Shown here one piece after another: positions 28,801 to 37,059 of a stretch of 42,671 nt of DNA; the first letter of the stretch is position 1; each line of letters starts with the position of its first letter. Under the pieces are notes generated by a model. The model saw nothing but the letters and a program-made list of their open reading frames with translations, ran no database searches and was not told the origin of the DNA. This DNA is from Bacteroidales bacterium (GTDB taxonomy: Bacteria > Bacteroidota > Bacteroidia > Bacteroidales > UBA12077). The position numbers were made by a program, and so were the translations under genes. The DNA is taken from the NCBI GenBank assembly GCA_028282585.1, contig JANQHR010000082.1:1-42671 (forward strand), written 5' to 3'.

Positions 28801-28818
28801 TTTTATAGAAAATTTTAA
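25810..28818 (+). CDS. ABCG/White-like NBD-first ABC half-transporter with N-terminal extension
   Basis: GRSGVGKST, YIPQDD, ISGGQRKRLNIALEL, ADEPTSGL and NIHQP, followed by an ABC2-type TMD (LKRE, PQILLSG, SRWAYEA) with a large loop before the last TM. Confidence 0.88.
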   Translation: MNKILIEYIIRLFSIISNIYSSVPSTNVKDFISSILKKEFGKEAVKDFVSQFELNYLKYKEIKSENKEALKDILVRLTREVNDKLPQWERFVILIRLLLFNKFLLRYPFHKSESQIRLSDLLKEIASELNIDDNEYKNCKSFVEEKLYNLKEKENLLLLCEKKPFNIEISFFEKDGFKGQLYFLIIKSIKLIIFYYKGKENIQFNNQIIFPENIYILPKGASIKGEHIEPIYYNQILRHFLSEETVQLFFEAKDVDFRFKNSKNGIHDLKASIKSGQIIGIIGRSGVGKSTLLSLLNGTLLPQKGQVTINKFDIIEDQDKLEGLIGYIPQDDLLVEELSVFKNLYLNAKLCFGDLTNEKIEEKISQLLKDLDLYDVKDLKVGSPLNKFISGGQRKRLNIALELVREPYILFADEPTSGLSSSDSEEIMQLFTEQTIKGRIVVMNIHQPSSDTFKSFDKILLLDKEGYPVYFGNPVESIPYFNKLAESFVTVADSCQTCGNINPESIFKILEERKVNKKGEFVSFRKVKPNEWHQHYQEQIKSIKESIDIKKEIPKITFNRPNFLKQFLIFSERNFLSKFANKQYVLLAFLITPLLSIILSLLCKHTSSDFNHYVLYGNENIPAYLFMAVIVALFVGLIISAEDIYRDRKILKREAFLKLNKISYLKSKILFLFILSAIQALLFVILGNWILGIKGMIFYYWIILFSTFCFANVVGLLISSLFNSIVVIYILVPLFIVPQILLSGTMVEYDKLNSKVISDEYVPFVGDIMASRWAYEAIVVSQFEKNKYQKKYYKYDQQDSYARFNVLFLIPELKDAVDILRDGLRDGNIKELEDHYKLLIYELGKTSSRPFSDLKKLRFDELSVEMLNSIENYLNQLNSELIEIVNNVSYEKDSITHELISKLGDIESYNNFKNRNSNKSINELVLRRQTFKPFIKNNNKIIRKIEPIYHVPGSKIGRSHFFASEKKLGSLTINTISFNIIVLWFMTLFFCIFLIILFYRKF

Positions 28819-28848
28819 AAATTATATAAACTAAAAAACTTTTATCTC

Positions 28849-29745
28849 ATGAAAATGAAATTACTATTTATTCTAAGTTTCTTTGCGGTTTTTACCTTGG
28901 CCCAATGTAAATCTGATAAAAAAGCAGAGAAAGAACAACCAATCGAAACGGAAGAAAACCAAGGTTTTGATGATGAGGAACAAGTTGTTTATATGTTACC
29001 TTCGCCTGATGAGATTTTTAACGAAATATTTATTGAAGATATAGAGCTAAAACCTGAATTTGTTAATCCAGCAACAAATGCAACAAACTACGTGGATATT
29101 AAATCGCGATCGGTGAATCTGGGTATTTACATTGCCGATTTTGCTTACCTGAGTGCTATTGATGATAGTGCCGATGAATTAGAATATTTAAGAATAATTC
29201 GTGATTTAATGGATAAAGTGAATTTATACGGGATCGTTGATGAAGAAATGTTAAACAGAATAAACGATAATTTAATGGTTAAGGATTCATTAGATAAAAT
29301 TTCACAAGAGCTATATTATAAAATGTCCAGAACGCTTGAAAATTCGGACAGAAATAATATTCTGGTTTTAATTTCAACCGGAGCGATTGTTGAAGCCCTT
29401 TATTTAGCCGTAAATAATATTGATTTTGATCATTCAGGAGAAGTAATTCAGAAGATCTTCGATCAAAAATTTGTTTTTGATAACTATTATGAGTTTGCAT
29501 CAAATTACTCCGATGATATTTATGTTAAAACTGTTTTAAGCGAACTAGCAGCAATTAGAAATATGTTTGATCACCTGGATTATAAGGAAAGTGATATAAA
29601 AGTTAAGAAAGAGGGAGGCGATGATTTCTTGGTAATTCAGGGAGGTAAAGAAATTATAGTTACGGAAGAAGCATATTTAGGATTTAGAGAAAATATAACA
29701 AACGTAAGGACTCTGTTGGTAAGCATCTCAAAATCTATTAATTAA
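28849..29745 (+). CDS. Alpha-helical lipoprotein of unknown function (paralog of 11464)
   Basis: Lipobox LAQC, then a charged/acidic linker; PSPDE and NLGIYIADFAY motifs. Confidence 0.85.
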   Translation: MKMKLLFILSFFAVFTLAQCKSDKKAEKEQPIETEENQGFDDEEQVVYMLPSPDEIFNEIFIEDIELKPEFVNPATNATNYVDIKSRSVNLGIYIADFAYLSAIDDSADELEYLRIIRDLMDKVNLYGIVDEEMLNRINDNLMVKDSLDKISQELYYKMSRTLENSDRNNILVLISTGAIVEALYLAVNNIDFDHSGEVIQKIFDQKFVFDNYYEFASNYSDDIYVKTVLSELAAIRNMFDHLDYKESDIKVKKEGGDDFLVIQGGKEIIVTEEAYLGFRENITNVRTLLVSISKSIN

Positions 29746-29760
29746 GCTTAAATAAACTTG

Positions 29761-29768
29761 TATATTTG
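29761..29768 (+). promoter_or_regulatory. Internal -7 promoter box (TATATTTG) before the 156-aa gene
   Basis: Exact TAnnTTTG 23 bp upstream of ATG 29792. Confidence 0.5.
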
Positions 29769-29791
29769 ATAGAAACTTAAAATTTAAAGTT

Positions 29792-30262
29792 ATGGTTTGC
29801 CTTAAAAAAATATATTTCATTTTTATTATATCAATAATTTCATTTTCAGTTCAGGCACAAAGGTGCGATGGTTATCATAAAACAGGTGATTGTAAAATAT
29901 ACAGATCAGATGGATTTGAATATTACGGGCAATCACGAAGCGCCTTGTTAGAAATAAGAAAAAAAGCAGCTTTTAAAGCCGTTTTCTATGGGCAACGTGA
30001 TTATAAAGTAGTTTTATGTACCGATTATGGTTATTATCCAATTCATTTTGTAATAAGTAATGCAGATACTAAAGAGGTTTTATATGATAATAAAGAGGAT
30101 GATTATGTTGAATCTGTTGGCTTTACAATAGATAAAACGCAAAACTTAGTATTCGATGTTACAATATTAGCAGAGGATTTAAAGGCAGAAGATGCATTTG
30201 ATTTAAGAATCTGCACGGGAGTAAACATATATTGGAGAAAAGTACCAAAAATGGGATTTTAA
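29792..30262 (+). CDS. Secreted 4-Cys hypothetical protein (paralog of 10488 and 10985)
   Basis: Signal peptide ending VQA-Q; C-x8-C, QSRS, VFYG, LCT..YYPIHF, LYDNK and ICTG. Confidence 0.85.
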   Translation: MVCLKKIYFIFIISIISFSVQAQRCDGYHKTGDCKIYRSDGFEYYGQSRSALLEIRKKAAFKAVFYGQRDYKVVLCTDYGYYPIHFVISNADTKEVLYDNKEDDYVESVGFTIDKTQNLVFDVTILAEDLKAEDAFDLRICTGVNIYWRKVPKMGF

Positions 30263-30275
30263 CTTGTCCTGTAAT

Positions 30276-31079
30276 ATGCTTAGAGTTAAGTTATTACTTC
30301 TTTCAATTATAGCTGTATTATCTGCAAGTTCTCAAAATCTTGTACGCAATTATAGTTTTGAAGATTATGATGTTTGCCCAAATGAAGTTACCATCGATTC
30401 CAGAAAAGAATTAATTCCACACTGGTACATGCCTAATAAAGGCACAACGGATTACTTTAATAGTTGTGCCTTTCGCCAGGTAAACGTACCGGATAATGTA
30501 ATGGGTCATATGTATGCGCTTCAAGGAGATGCTTATGCAGGTATTATCTTGATTGAACAGCCTCCATCGGAATCCGAATTAAAAAAACCTCTCCATTATA
30601 GAGAATATTTACAGGCACAGTTAACATCACCCTTAAAAAAGGATAGCCTTTATTGCGTTCAATTTTATTTTTGTATTGCTTCGTACTCAACATATGCTGT
30701 AAATAAGCTAGGTCTGTTTATTTCGAAAGAGCCTGTAATAAAAAGATTAAGTACTAAAGTTATTGAAGTTGAACCACAAATTTCTGTGGATACAGGTAAT
30801 ATTTATAATGATCGGGATAATTGGTATCAGGTGTGTGATACTTTCAGATCGAGTGGTGATGAACAATTTATTACAATCGGTAATTTTTTTGATGATTATC
30901 ATACCAGAATTGAAAAATTGGATATTTCTATTTACCGAGGTACTATTCAGCAAAGCATAAATGAAAACAAATTAGCTTATTATTACATTGATTATGTTAC
31001 CGTAACACCTGTTTTAGATACACTGTCTAGCTTTTGTATAAATAGATTTTCAATAAAACCAAAAAAGGAGTCTGATTAG
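30276..31079 (+). CDS. Secreted beta-sandwich protein resembling the N-terminal domain of Bacteroidota OmpA/T9SS-cargo proteins
   Basis: Signal peptide, then QNLV.N.SFE..CP, DYFNSC..VPDN..G, YAG, REYLQ..L..PL, ITIGNF and YYYID.V. Start set at ATG 30276 (ORF track uses TTG 30264). Confidence 0.75.
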   Translation: MLRVKLLLLSIIAVLSASSQNLVRNYSFEDYDVCPNEVTIDSRKELIPHWYMPNKGTTDYFNSCAFRQVNVPDNVMGHMYALQGDAYAGIILIEQPPSESELKKPLHYREYLQAQLTSPLKKDSLYCVQFYFCIASYSTYAVNKLGLFISKEPVIKRLSTKVIEVEPQISVDTGNIYNDRDNWYQVCDTFRSSGDEQFITIGNFFDDYHTRIEKLDISIYRGTIQQSINENKLAYYYIDYVTVTPVLDTLSSFCINRFSIKPKKESD

Positions 31080-31089
31080 ACCCCTTTTT
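31061..31089. terminator. Bidirectional intrinsic terminator between convergent genes
   Basis: AAAAAAGGAGTCT-GATT-AGACCCCTTTTT: stem flanked by A and T runs. Confidence 0.75.
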
Positions 31090-31111
31090 AGTAATTTACT
31101 ATGTTTCAATT

Positions 31112-31948
31112 TTATTTACTACAATTTGTATCCTCCCCATTACTGTCCCAACAATGCCATTCCGTGTCTTCGAAATTATATTCTGCTTTTACACGCCCGA
31201 AATACTCAGTGGTACTCCATTCTATTTCACAATCAACAAATTGTTGGATGAAATAATTATAAAAATGAATATCATAAAATGCATTATAGTCACTGTCCTG
31301 TAAGCCGTAAGTTAAATAACTTCCGTTGAATAGTTCTGTTTCACGGTTATCATTTAATTCTCTCACAAATGTGTATGTAATTTCGCTAATTTCATCACCT
31401 GATTTACTCCATTCAATGTCTAATACCTCCTCTTGGAAATCATAGCTATGATATAAGGTCCATTCGCCGCCGTTCCCATCTAAATTAGAGGTTCCTTCAA
31501 ACCATTTAAATTCATCATAACCTCCAACTCCTTCTTTCGCAACATACATTTCCCATTTAATATCATTTGTACGAATCTGTCCGGTTAAACGCGCCGTGTG
31601 CGAACTGGCAAATCCGGTAACTTCATAATTCCATTCCCAGGTGGCATCTCCTGTATATTCAGGAGAATAATTGAAAGAATTATAAAAAGCGGCTACTGGA
31701 ACTACAAGAGTAGCAGAAAGTAAAAAACTCCAGAATCCTACATTTCCTGCAGCAAAAGAATAATTGGTCTGAGTATTTACAGATTTTTCAAAACCGGTTT
31801 TTGAGTCTACGGTAAAGTCACTAAAATCTATAAACATCGATTCATAAGGAGGTAATTCCGGTGGAGTTCCGTTGTCCTCTTCATCACAAGCAAAAAATAA
31901 CGGTAATGTTAGAGTTGCAATGAATAAAATACTTAAAAATTTCTTCAT
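31112..31948 (-). CDS. Hypothetical lipoprotein (acidic, beta-rich, probably surface exposed)
   Basis: Lipobox FFAC followed by DEEDN; Trp/Tyr-rich beta-strand pattern. Confidence 0.8.
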   Translation of the reverse strand: MKKFLSILFIATLTLPLFFACDEEDNGTPPELPPYESMFIDFSDFTVDSKTGFEKSVNTQTNYSFAAGNVGFWSFLLSATLVVPVAAFYNSFNYSPEYTGDATWEWNYEVTGFASSHTARLTGQIRTNDIKWEMYVAKEGVGGYDEFKWFEGTSNLDGNGGEWTLYHSYDFQEEVLDIEWSKSGDEISEITYTFVRELNDNRETELFNGSYLTYGLQDSDYNAFYDIHFYNYFIQQFVDCEIEWSTTEYFGRVKAEYNFEDTEWHCWDSNGEDTNCSK

Positions 31949-31982
31949 AGTTTTTTGGTGTTAGTTAGTTTTCAGGAATAAT

Positions 31983-31997
31983 TCAATAAGTATGCCA
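31983..31997 (-). promoter_or_regulatory. Sigma54-like -24/-12 promoter TGGCAT-ACTTA-TTGA
   Basis: Matches TGGCAC-N5-TTGC spacing with two substitutions, 35 bp upstream of the lipoprotein start. Confidence 0.55.
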
Positions 31998-32030
31998 ATT
32001 ATCCTTTAATACGGTTTGCCACTAAAAATG

Positions 32031-32753
32031 TTATTGATTGGAAAACCTTATTTTTAAGTCCAAAATGTTTTTTTTATATGTTTTACCAATTGGAAGTTTT
32101 TGATCATTAACCAGTAACTCGTTGGTTGCAATTTCTTGAATTTTCGATTTTGAAACTAAATAAGATTTATGAATTCGAATAAAATTATTTTGTGGTAGTT
32201 TATTTATAATTTCATTAAAGCTCATTAAAGTTAATACCCGGGAATCTTTATAGTTTATAGATAAATAATCTTTCATTCCTTCAATAAAATAAATTTCATT
32301 TATAAATATTTTGATTATTTTACCACTACTCTTTACAAAAATATGATCCTTTTCTTCAGTTTTATTTTCTGACATCAAATTTAATTTATAATCTTTTTTT
32401 ACATTATCATATATTTTTTCCATTGCTTTGAGAAAACGATCAAACTGGATAGGTTTTAATAAATAATCATCAACATCAAAATCATAGCCTTTTAGTGCAT
32501 AATGATCAAATGCCGTTGTTAAAATAACATAAGGCTTGAGCTTAAGATTTTGTAAAAGTTCAAAACCAGTGATTTCAGGCATTTCAATATCCAGTAATAT
32601 CAAGTTAATCTGATTTGCTTTAAGATAATTAATAGCATCCTTAGCATTGTCAAAACAATATTTTAAATCGACGAAATCAATTTTCGAAATAAAACGCTTG
32701 ATTTTATTTAATGCTAATATTTCATCATCAACAGCGATACAACTTAAATTCAC
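32031..32753 (-). CDS. LytTR family response regulator
   Basis: VDDE, LLDIEMP, DYLLKP receiver; IYFIEG.KDY and FIRIHKSYLV LytTR domain. Confidence 0.93.
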   Translation of the reverse strand: MNLSCIAVDDEILALNKIKRFISKIDFVDLKYCFDNAKDAINYLKANQINLILLDIEMPEITGFELLQNLKLKPYVILTTAFDHYALKGYDFDVDDYLLKPIQFDRFLKAMEKIYDNVKKDYKLNLMSENKTEEKDHIFVKSSGKIIKIFINEIYFIEGMKDYLSINYKDSRVLTLMSFNEIINKLPQNNFIRIHKSYLVSKSKIQEIATNELLVNDQKLPIGKTYKKNILDLKIRFSNQ

Positions 32754-33772
32754 AATTCAAAGATCTTAAGTTTAACTATATATTCGTTTTCTTTATTTGA
32801 TATTGATAACTTATTATTATCAGGATAAAGTAGTTCTAATCTGCGCTTTAAATTTTTAAGCCCAATTCCATTTGCGTTTTGTTTATTTGTAATGGTTATG
32901 AACTTATTTTTACAAATGAATTCAATACTTTCATGATTAAATATAAATTTAATATTTATCCCGGTAAACTTGGTTTTTCTGTCTACATATTTTACCGCAT
33001 TTTCTATTACAGGAAGGAAAAGCAGTGGAGCTATTTCTTTATTAATAAGTGTTCCTTCTATTGAAACATTTATAAAGTTATTTTTTTTAAAACTTAAACG
33101 CACAAAATCAATATAGTTCTGAATAAATTCTAATTCCTTATTTAAAGGAACTTTATTTGTTTCCGATTCCTTTAAAACATATCTCAAAACTTCTGATAAA
33201 TGAAATATGGCTTTCGAGGCTTTTTCTTGATCGTTAAAAATCAGTTCATCAATATTATTTAAAGAATTGAACAAAAAGTGGGGATTCAATTGTGACCTTA
33301 AATACTTTAATTCAATTTCCATTTGTTTCATCAAAATATCTTTTTTCTGAAACTGGTGTATAAGATTTAACCGAACATATTTAATTGTGGCAGCCATGCT
33401 TGTGATCGAAAACAGAATAATTAAACTATTTGCAAATTGTTCTTTAATTGATGCCTCGGAATAATATAAATCAAGATTAGGTAAAATGTAATGGCTTACT
33501 ATTGCCGAAATAGTTGTTAAAAAAACAATGGTTAGCAAAGTAAACAATAGAAAAGGAAATATTTTGAAAGAGATTAAATATCTTGGAAATAGGACATAAA
33601 GTACAAAATAAACAGCAATAATATCTTGCGGAAGAAAAAATAAGTTTGTTTTAAAGATTTCAAAAAAATGTCCTTGATATAAATATGGGAAGAATGTATA
33701 AATGAATAAAATTCCTAACCAAAAAATTACATGAGATAAAATCCTGTTATTGAAAAAATAAAAAGATTTCAT
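32750..33772 (-). CDS. LytS/YehU-type membrane histidine kinase
   Basis: Four TM helices, LRSQLNPHFLFNSLNNI, ENAVKY and GIGLKNLKRRLELLY; 4-bp overlap with the LytTR gene. Confidence 0.92.
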   Translation of the reverse strand: MKSFYFFNNRILSHVIFWLGILFIYTFFPYLYQGHFFEIFKTNLFFLPQDIIAVYFVLYVLFPRYLISFKIFPFLLFTLLTIVFLTTISAIVSHYILPNLDLYYSEASIKEQFANSLIILFSITSMAATIKYVRLNLIHQFQKKDILMKQMEIELKYLRSQLNPHFLFNSLNNIDELIFNDQEKASKAIFHLSEVLRYVLKESETNKVPLNKELEFIQNYIDFVRLSFKKNNFINVSIEGTLINKEIAPLLFLPVIENAVKYVDRKTKFTGINIKFIFNHESIEFICKNKFITITNKQNANGIGLKNLKRRLELLYPDNNKLSISNKENEYIVKLKIFEL

Positions 33773-33908
33773 AATGAAAATTCTATAATACGTTTGGTAA
33801 AGATATTGTAAATCATATCAAATTTAAATACCGAATATCTATATTATTAGTCCGTTGATCGAAAAACGTAAATGTGTTTTATATTTTTTCGTAATTTCAA
33901 AACTAAAA

Positions 33909-34886
33909 ATGAAAAGCTTTTATGTTAATCTTTTTTTAGTTTTATCATGCTCGACATTTGCTCAATTAAATGATAATTATTTTGATGAAAAATTACCTCT
34001 TGAAAAACCTGAGTTATTTCTACCCGAGATTGTTTCAAGCGGTTTCCACGAACATAGCGGATTCGATATTTCACCAAATAAAGACATTGCATTATGGACC
34101 ATATCATTAAACGGACATAAAATTATTTTGGAAATGAAGAAGAACGATAATGCTTGGGAAGGGCCGGAAGTGGCTTCATTTTCAGGTCAATATCGCGATG
34201 AATTTCATTTTTTCTCACCAGATGGGCAAGTAGTTTATTTTAATTCATACAGACCAGAAAATGAAAAGGATTCCGTAAAATCAAAATTCCAGCACTGGAT
34301 GGTTAGCAGAGGTGAAGAGGGATGGGGTGAAGCTAAAAGAAACTTGCAATGGCATCCTGAATTATGGACATACTCCATGTCCGAAAATGAGTCTGTGTAT
34401 GGTTGGGCTACTTTAGATTCAACAAAGAATGATGCTGATATTTATGCACAAACAAAAACTGCAAAAGGATATTCTGAGCCATTAAGATTAAGTGATAGCA
34501 TAAATTCCGATGCAATTGAGTATTGTCCATTTATTGATAAAGAAGAAAAGTATATCATTTTTTGCAGAATGGGTAGTGGAAATCTGGATGGTATCTATAT
34601 TAGCTTCAAAAGAAAAGATGGAAAATGGACCCATGCTGAGAGATTACCAGCTTTAATTAATCAGGGATATGTCGAGCGATTTCCAATTGTAAGCCCAGAT
34701 GGAAAATACTTTTTCTTTAACCGGCAATCATTTGAATATAGATCCCATTCAAATAAAAGATTAAATATCGAAATGGTTAAGGAAAAATATTTATCCGAAC
34801 CATTTAATCGGTTTGGTGATATTTATTGGATAAGTGCAGATTTTATAAAGCAATTAAAAAATAAAAATAGTTTTGTTAGTGATTAG
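33909..34886 (+). CDS. PD40/TolB-like beta-propeller secreted protein
   Basis: FSPDGQ.VYF.S.R, DIY, INS...EYCPFI, VSPDGKYFFF and DIYW. Start set at ATG 33909. Confidence 0.85.
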   Translation: MKSFYVNLFLVLSCSTFAQLNDNYFDEKLPLEKPELFLPEIVSSGFHEHSGFDISPNKDIALWTISLNGHKIILEMKKNDNAWEGPEVASFSGQYRDEFHFFSPDGQVVYFNSYRPENEKDSVKSKFQHWMVSRGEEGWGEAKRNLQWHPELWTYSMSENESVYGWATLDSTKNDADIYAQTKTAKGYSEPLRLSDSINSDAIEYCPFIDKEEKYIIFCRMGSGNLDGIYISFKRKDGKWTHAERLPALINQGYVERFPIVSPDGKYFFFNRQSFEYRSHSNKRLNIEMVKEKYLSEPFNRFGDIYWISADFIKQLKNKNSFVSD

Positions 34887-34971
34887 AATAGATCACGATA
34901 AACCCATATTAATTGCAAGTAATTCTGCTTAGACTTATAATTATTAGAAATTCTAAATTCACTAATATAGA

Positions 34972-35946
34972 ATGATTATGAAAAATTTAATAGGATTTTT
35001 AGCAATAGTTATTATAATAGCCGGTTGTACGGAAAAGTCAAGTACGTATATCCCTAGAATAGAAGGAGCATATTTAGGACAAAAACCTCCCGGAAGTACA
35101 CCCGAAATATTTGCTCCAAATATTGTTTCTACAGGATTTGATGAACTATTTGGAACCTTCACTCCTAATGGGAAAGAATTTTATTATATACAGGCAGGTC
35201 CTCCCATATGGACCATAAATATAATTAAGCAAGAAAATGGAAAATGGTTAAAACCCCAAGTAGCCGAATTTTCTGGAAGTTATACTTCAAAATTTTGCTT
35301 ATCTCCTGATGGGAATGAGGTCATACTAACCTCATTTAGACACAAGGAAGAAAGCGATGAAGAAGTTATATTTCCTACAGCATGGATAGTTAAAAGGACA
35401 AATCAAGGATGGACAGAACCTTCTTATTTGGAAGGTCTGGATAGTGCTTTTGCTCCTTCAATATCTGAAAATAAAAACATATACTTCTTTAAAGTAGGAG
35501 AAAAACATCAGGATCTATATGTGTCAAAGTATAATAATGGAGAGTACGAAACTCCTGTTAATTTAGGTGATTCAATTAATAGCCATCAGGATGAAGCAGA
35601 TCCTTACATTGCGCCCGATGAAAGTTATATTTTATGGAATTCTAATCGTGAAAATGGAACAGGAATTTATATTTCGTTTAAGAGAAAAGATGGATTGTGG
35701 ACAAAGGCAAAAAATGTGGGTGAAAATATTAATTCTCTTGCTCCTGTTAATGTAGGTAGTGTAAGTCCTGATGGGAAGTACATATTTCTATTTAGTAATA
35801 AATATCATTTTAGCGATTATAGATATAAAGAAATTACTTACGAAGAAAAGATGAGAATTCTGAATAGTCCGGGAAATGGAAGTATTGACATTTACTGGGT
35901 GGATGCATCCATTATTGAGAAACAAAAACCAAAATATATTGAATAA
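34972..35946 (+). CDS. PD40/TolB-like beta-propeller lipoprotein
   Basis: Lipobox IAGC; YLGQKPPG..PEIFAP, PYIAPDESY, VSPDGKY and GNGSIDIYWVDAS. Confidence 0.87.
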   Translation: MIMKNLIGFLAIVIIIAGCTEKSSTYIPRIEGAYLGQKPPGSTPEIFAPNIVSTGFDELFGTFTPNGKEFYYIQAGPPIWTINIIKQENGKWLKPQVAEFSGSYTSKFCLSPDGNEVILTSFRHKEESDEEVIFPTAWIVKRTNQGWTEPSYLEGLDSAFAPSISENKNIYFFKVGEKHQDLYVSKYNNGEYETPVNLGDSINSHQDEADPYIAPDESYILWNSNRENGTGIYISFKRKDGLWTKAKNVGENINSLAPVNVGSVSPDGKYIFLFSNKYHFSDYRYKEITYEEKMRILNSPGNGSIDIYWVDASIIEKQKPKYIE

Positions 35947-36907
35947 AATAAAAGGAAAGTTTGTTATATCATTCATATTATTCATTTTATTGGGGTGTGG
36001 CAAACAAAAAGATCTTAACCTTAAAGGACCGTATTTAGGTCAAAAACCTCCTGGAGAAAAACCTGAATTATTTGCGCCAGGCATTATTTCTTGTGCTTAT
36101 GACGAAAGGATGATTTTTTTTACAAATCAAGGTAAAGAGTGTTTTTATCAGGTCAGGGGTGTTCCTCATTCGGTAATTTTTAATATGCAATTTATACAAA
36201 ATAGCTGGACAAAGCCTGAAACAGCGTTCTTTTCCGGAAAATACTTCGAAGAATTTGGTATTTCACAAGATGGCAATACAATTGTATTTACTTCAAACAG
36301 GCCGTTTAGTAATCAAGGTGAACCTCAAAAGGATTTTTATGTGTGGAAATCAATTAAAGTAGATGGTATATGGGGAGAACCCAAAAATTTAGGCGAAAAT
36401 TTTAAAGGAGCAGGTTATCCAACAATAGCAAACAATGGTAATATATATTTTTTTGATAATGGTGAAGATGGTTTAGGCAAAAGTGATATTTATGTCTCCA
36501 GGTTTGTGGAAGGTAAATATTTACCGGCAGAAAATCTTGGTGATTCTATTAATACTGCTGGGTATGATATAGATCCTTTCATAGCTCCTGATGAAAGCTA
36601 TTTGATTTATGCATCTGATAATAAGAAGAATGGTCTTTATATCAGTTACAAAAGAAGCGATGGAGCCTGGACAAAAGCTATTTATTTGGGCGATGAAATT
36701 GGTAGAGGAGAATCCATTTGCCCAAGCGTATCATCAGATGGCAAATTCTTCTTTTTTACTAGTGTGAGAAGATCTCATAATGGTATTTCTACAGAATATT
36801 TATCATATGAGGAAAAAATAAACGTTTTAAATGGTCCGGGAAATGGGAGTAATGACATTTATTGGGTGGATGCTTCTTTAATTCAAGAAAATAAACCAAA
36901 CTTTTAA
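35939..36907 (+). CDS. PD40/TolB-like beta-propeller lipoprotein
   Basis: Lipobox LLGC; same motifs as 34972. Start probably TTG 35939, overlapping the upstream stop (ORF track starts at 35876). Confidence 0.82.
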   Translation: MNKIKGKFVISFILFILLGCGKQKDLNLKGPYLGQKPPGEKPELFAPGIISCAYDERMIFFTNQGKECFYQVRGVPHSVIFNMQFIQNSWTKPETAFFSGKYFEEFGISQDGNTIVFTSNRPFSNQGEPQKDFYVWKSIKVDGIWGEPKNLGENFKGAGYPTIANNGNIYFFDNGEDGLGKSDIYVSRFVEGKYLPAENLGDSINTAGYDIDPFIAPDESYLIYASDNKKNGLYISYKRSDGAWTKAIYLGDEIGRGESICPSVSSDGKFFFFTSVRRSHNGISTEYLSYEEKINVLNGPGNGSNDIYWVDASLIQENKPNF

Positions 36908-37059
36908 GACAATTATTTGCACATTAAACGTTATATTTTATATTAGGTTTTAGTATAAATAAAATCGTAAAACCGCTCATTATTTAACATTTAAAGTTTC
37001 ATATATTAAAAAATAATGCTAAATTCGATTAACATTTAAAAATGAGAAAAATTTAGACA

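Noticed and set aside
25810-31079. Gliding motility (GldAFG) or Bacteroidota T6SS locus
   Set aside because: GldA, GldF and GldG are separate polypeptides, and no Tss, Hcp, VgrG or Gld motifs are recognisable.
35876-35938. 70-bp overlap between the second and third PD40 genes
   Set aside because: Probably an ORF-calling extension; a TTG at 35939 gives a normal lipoprotein signal peptide and an 8-bp overlap.
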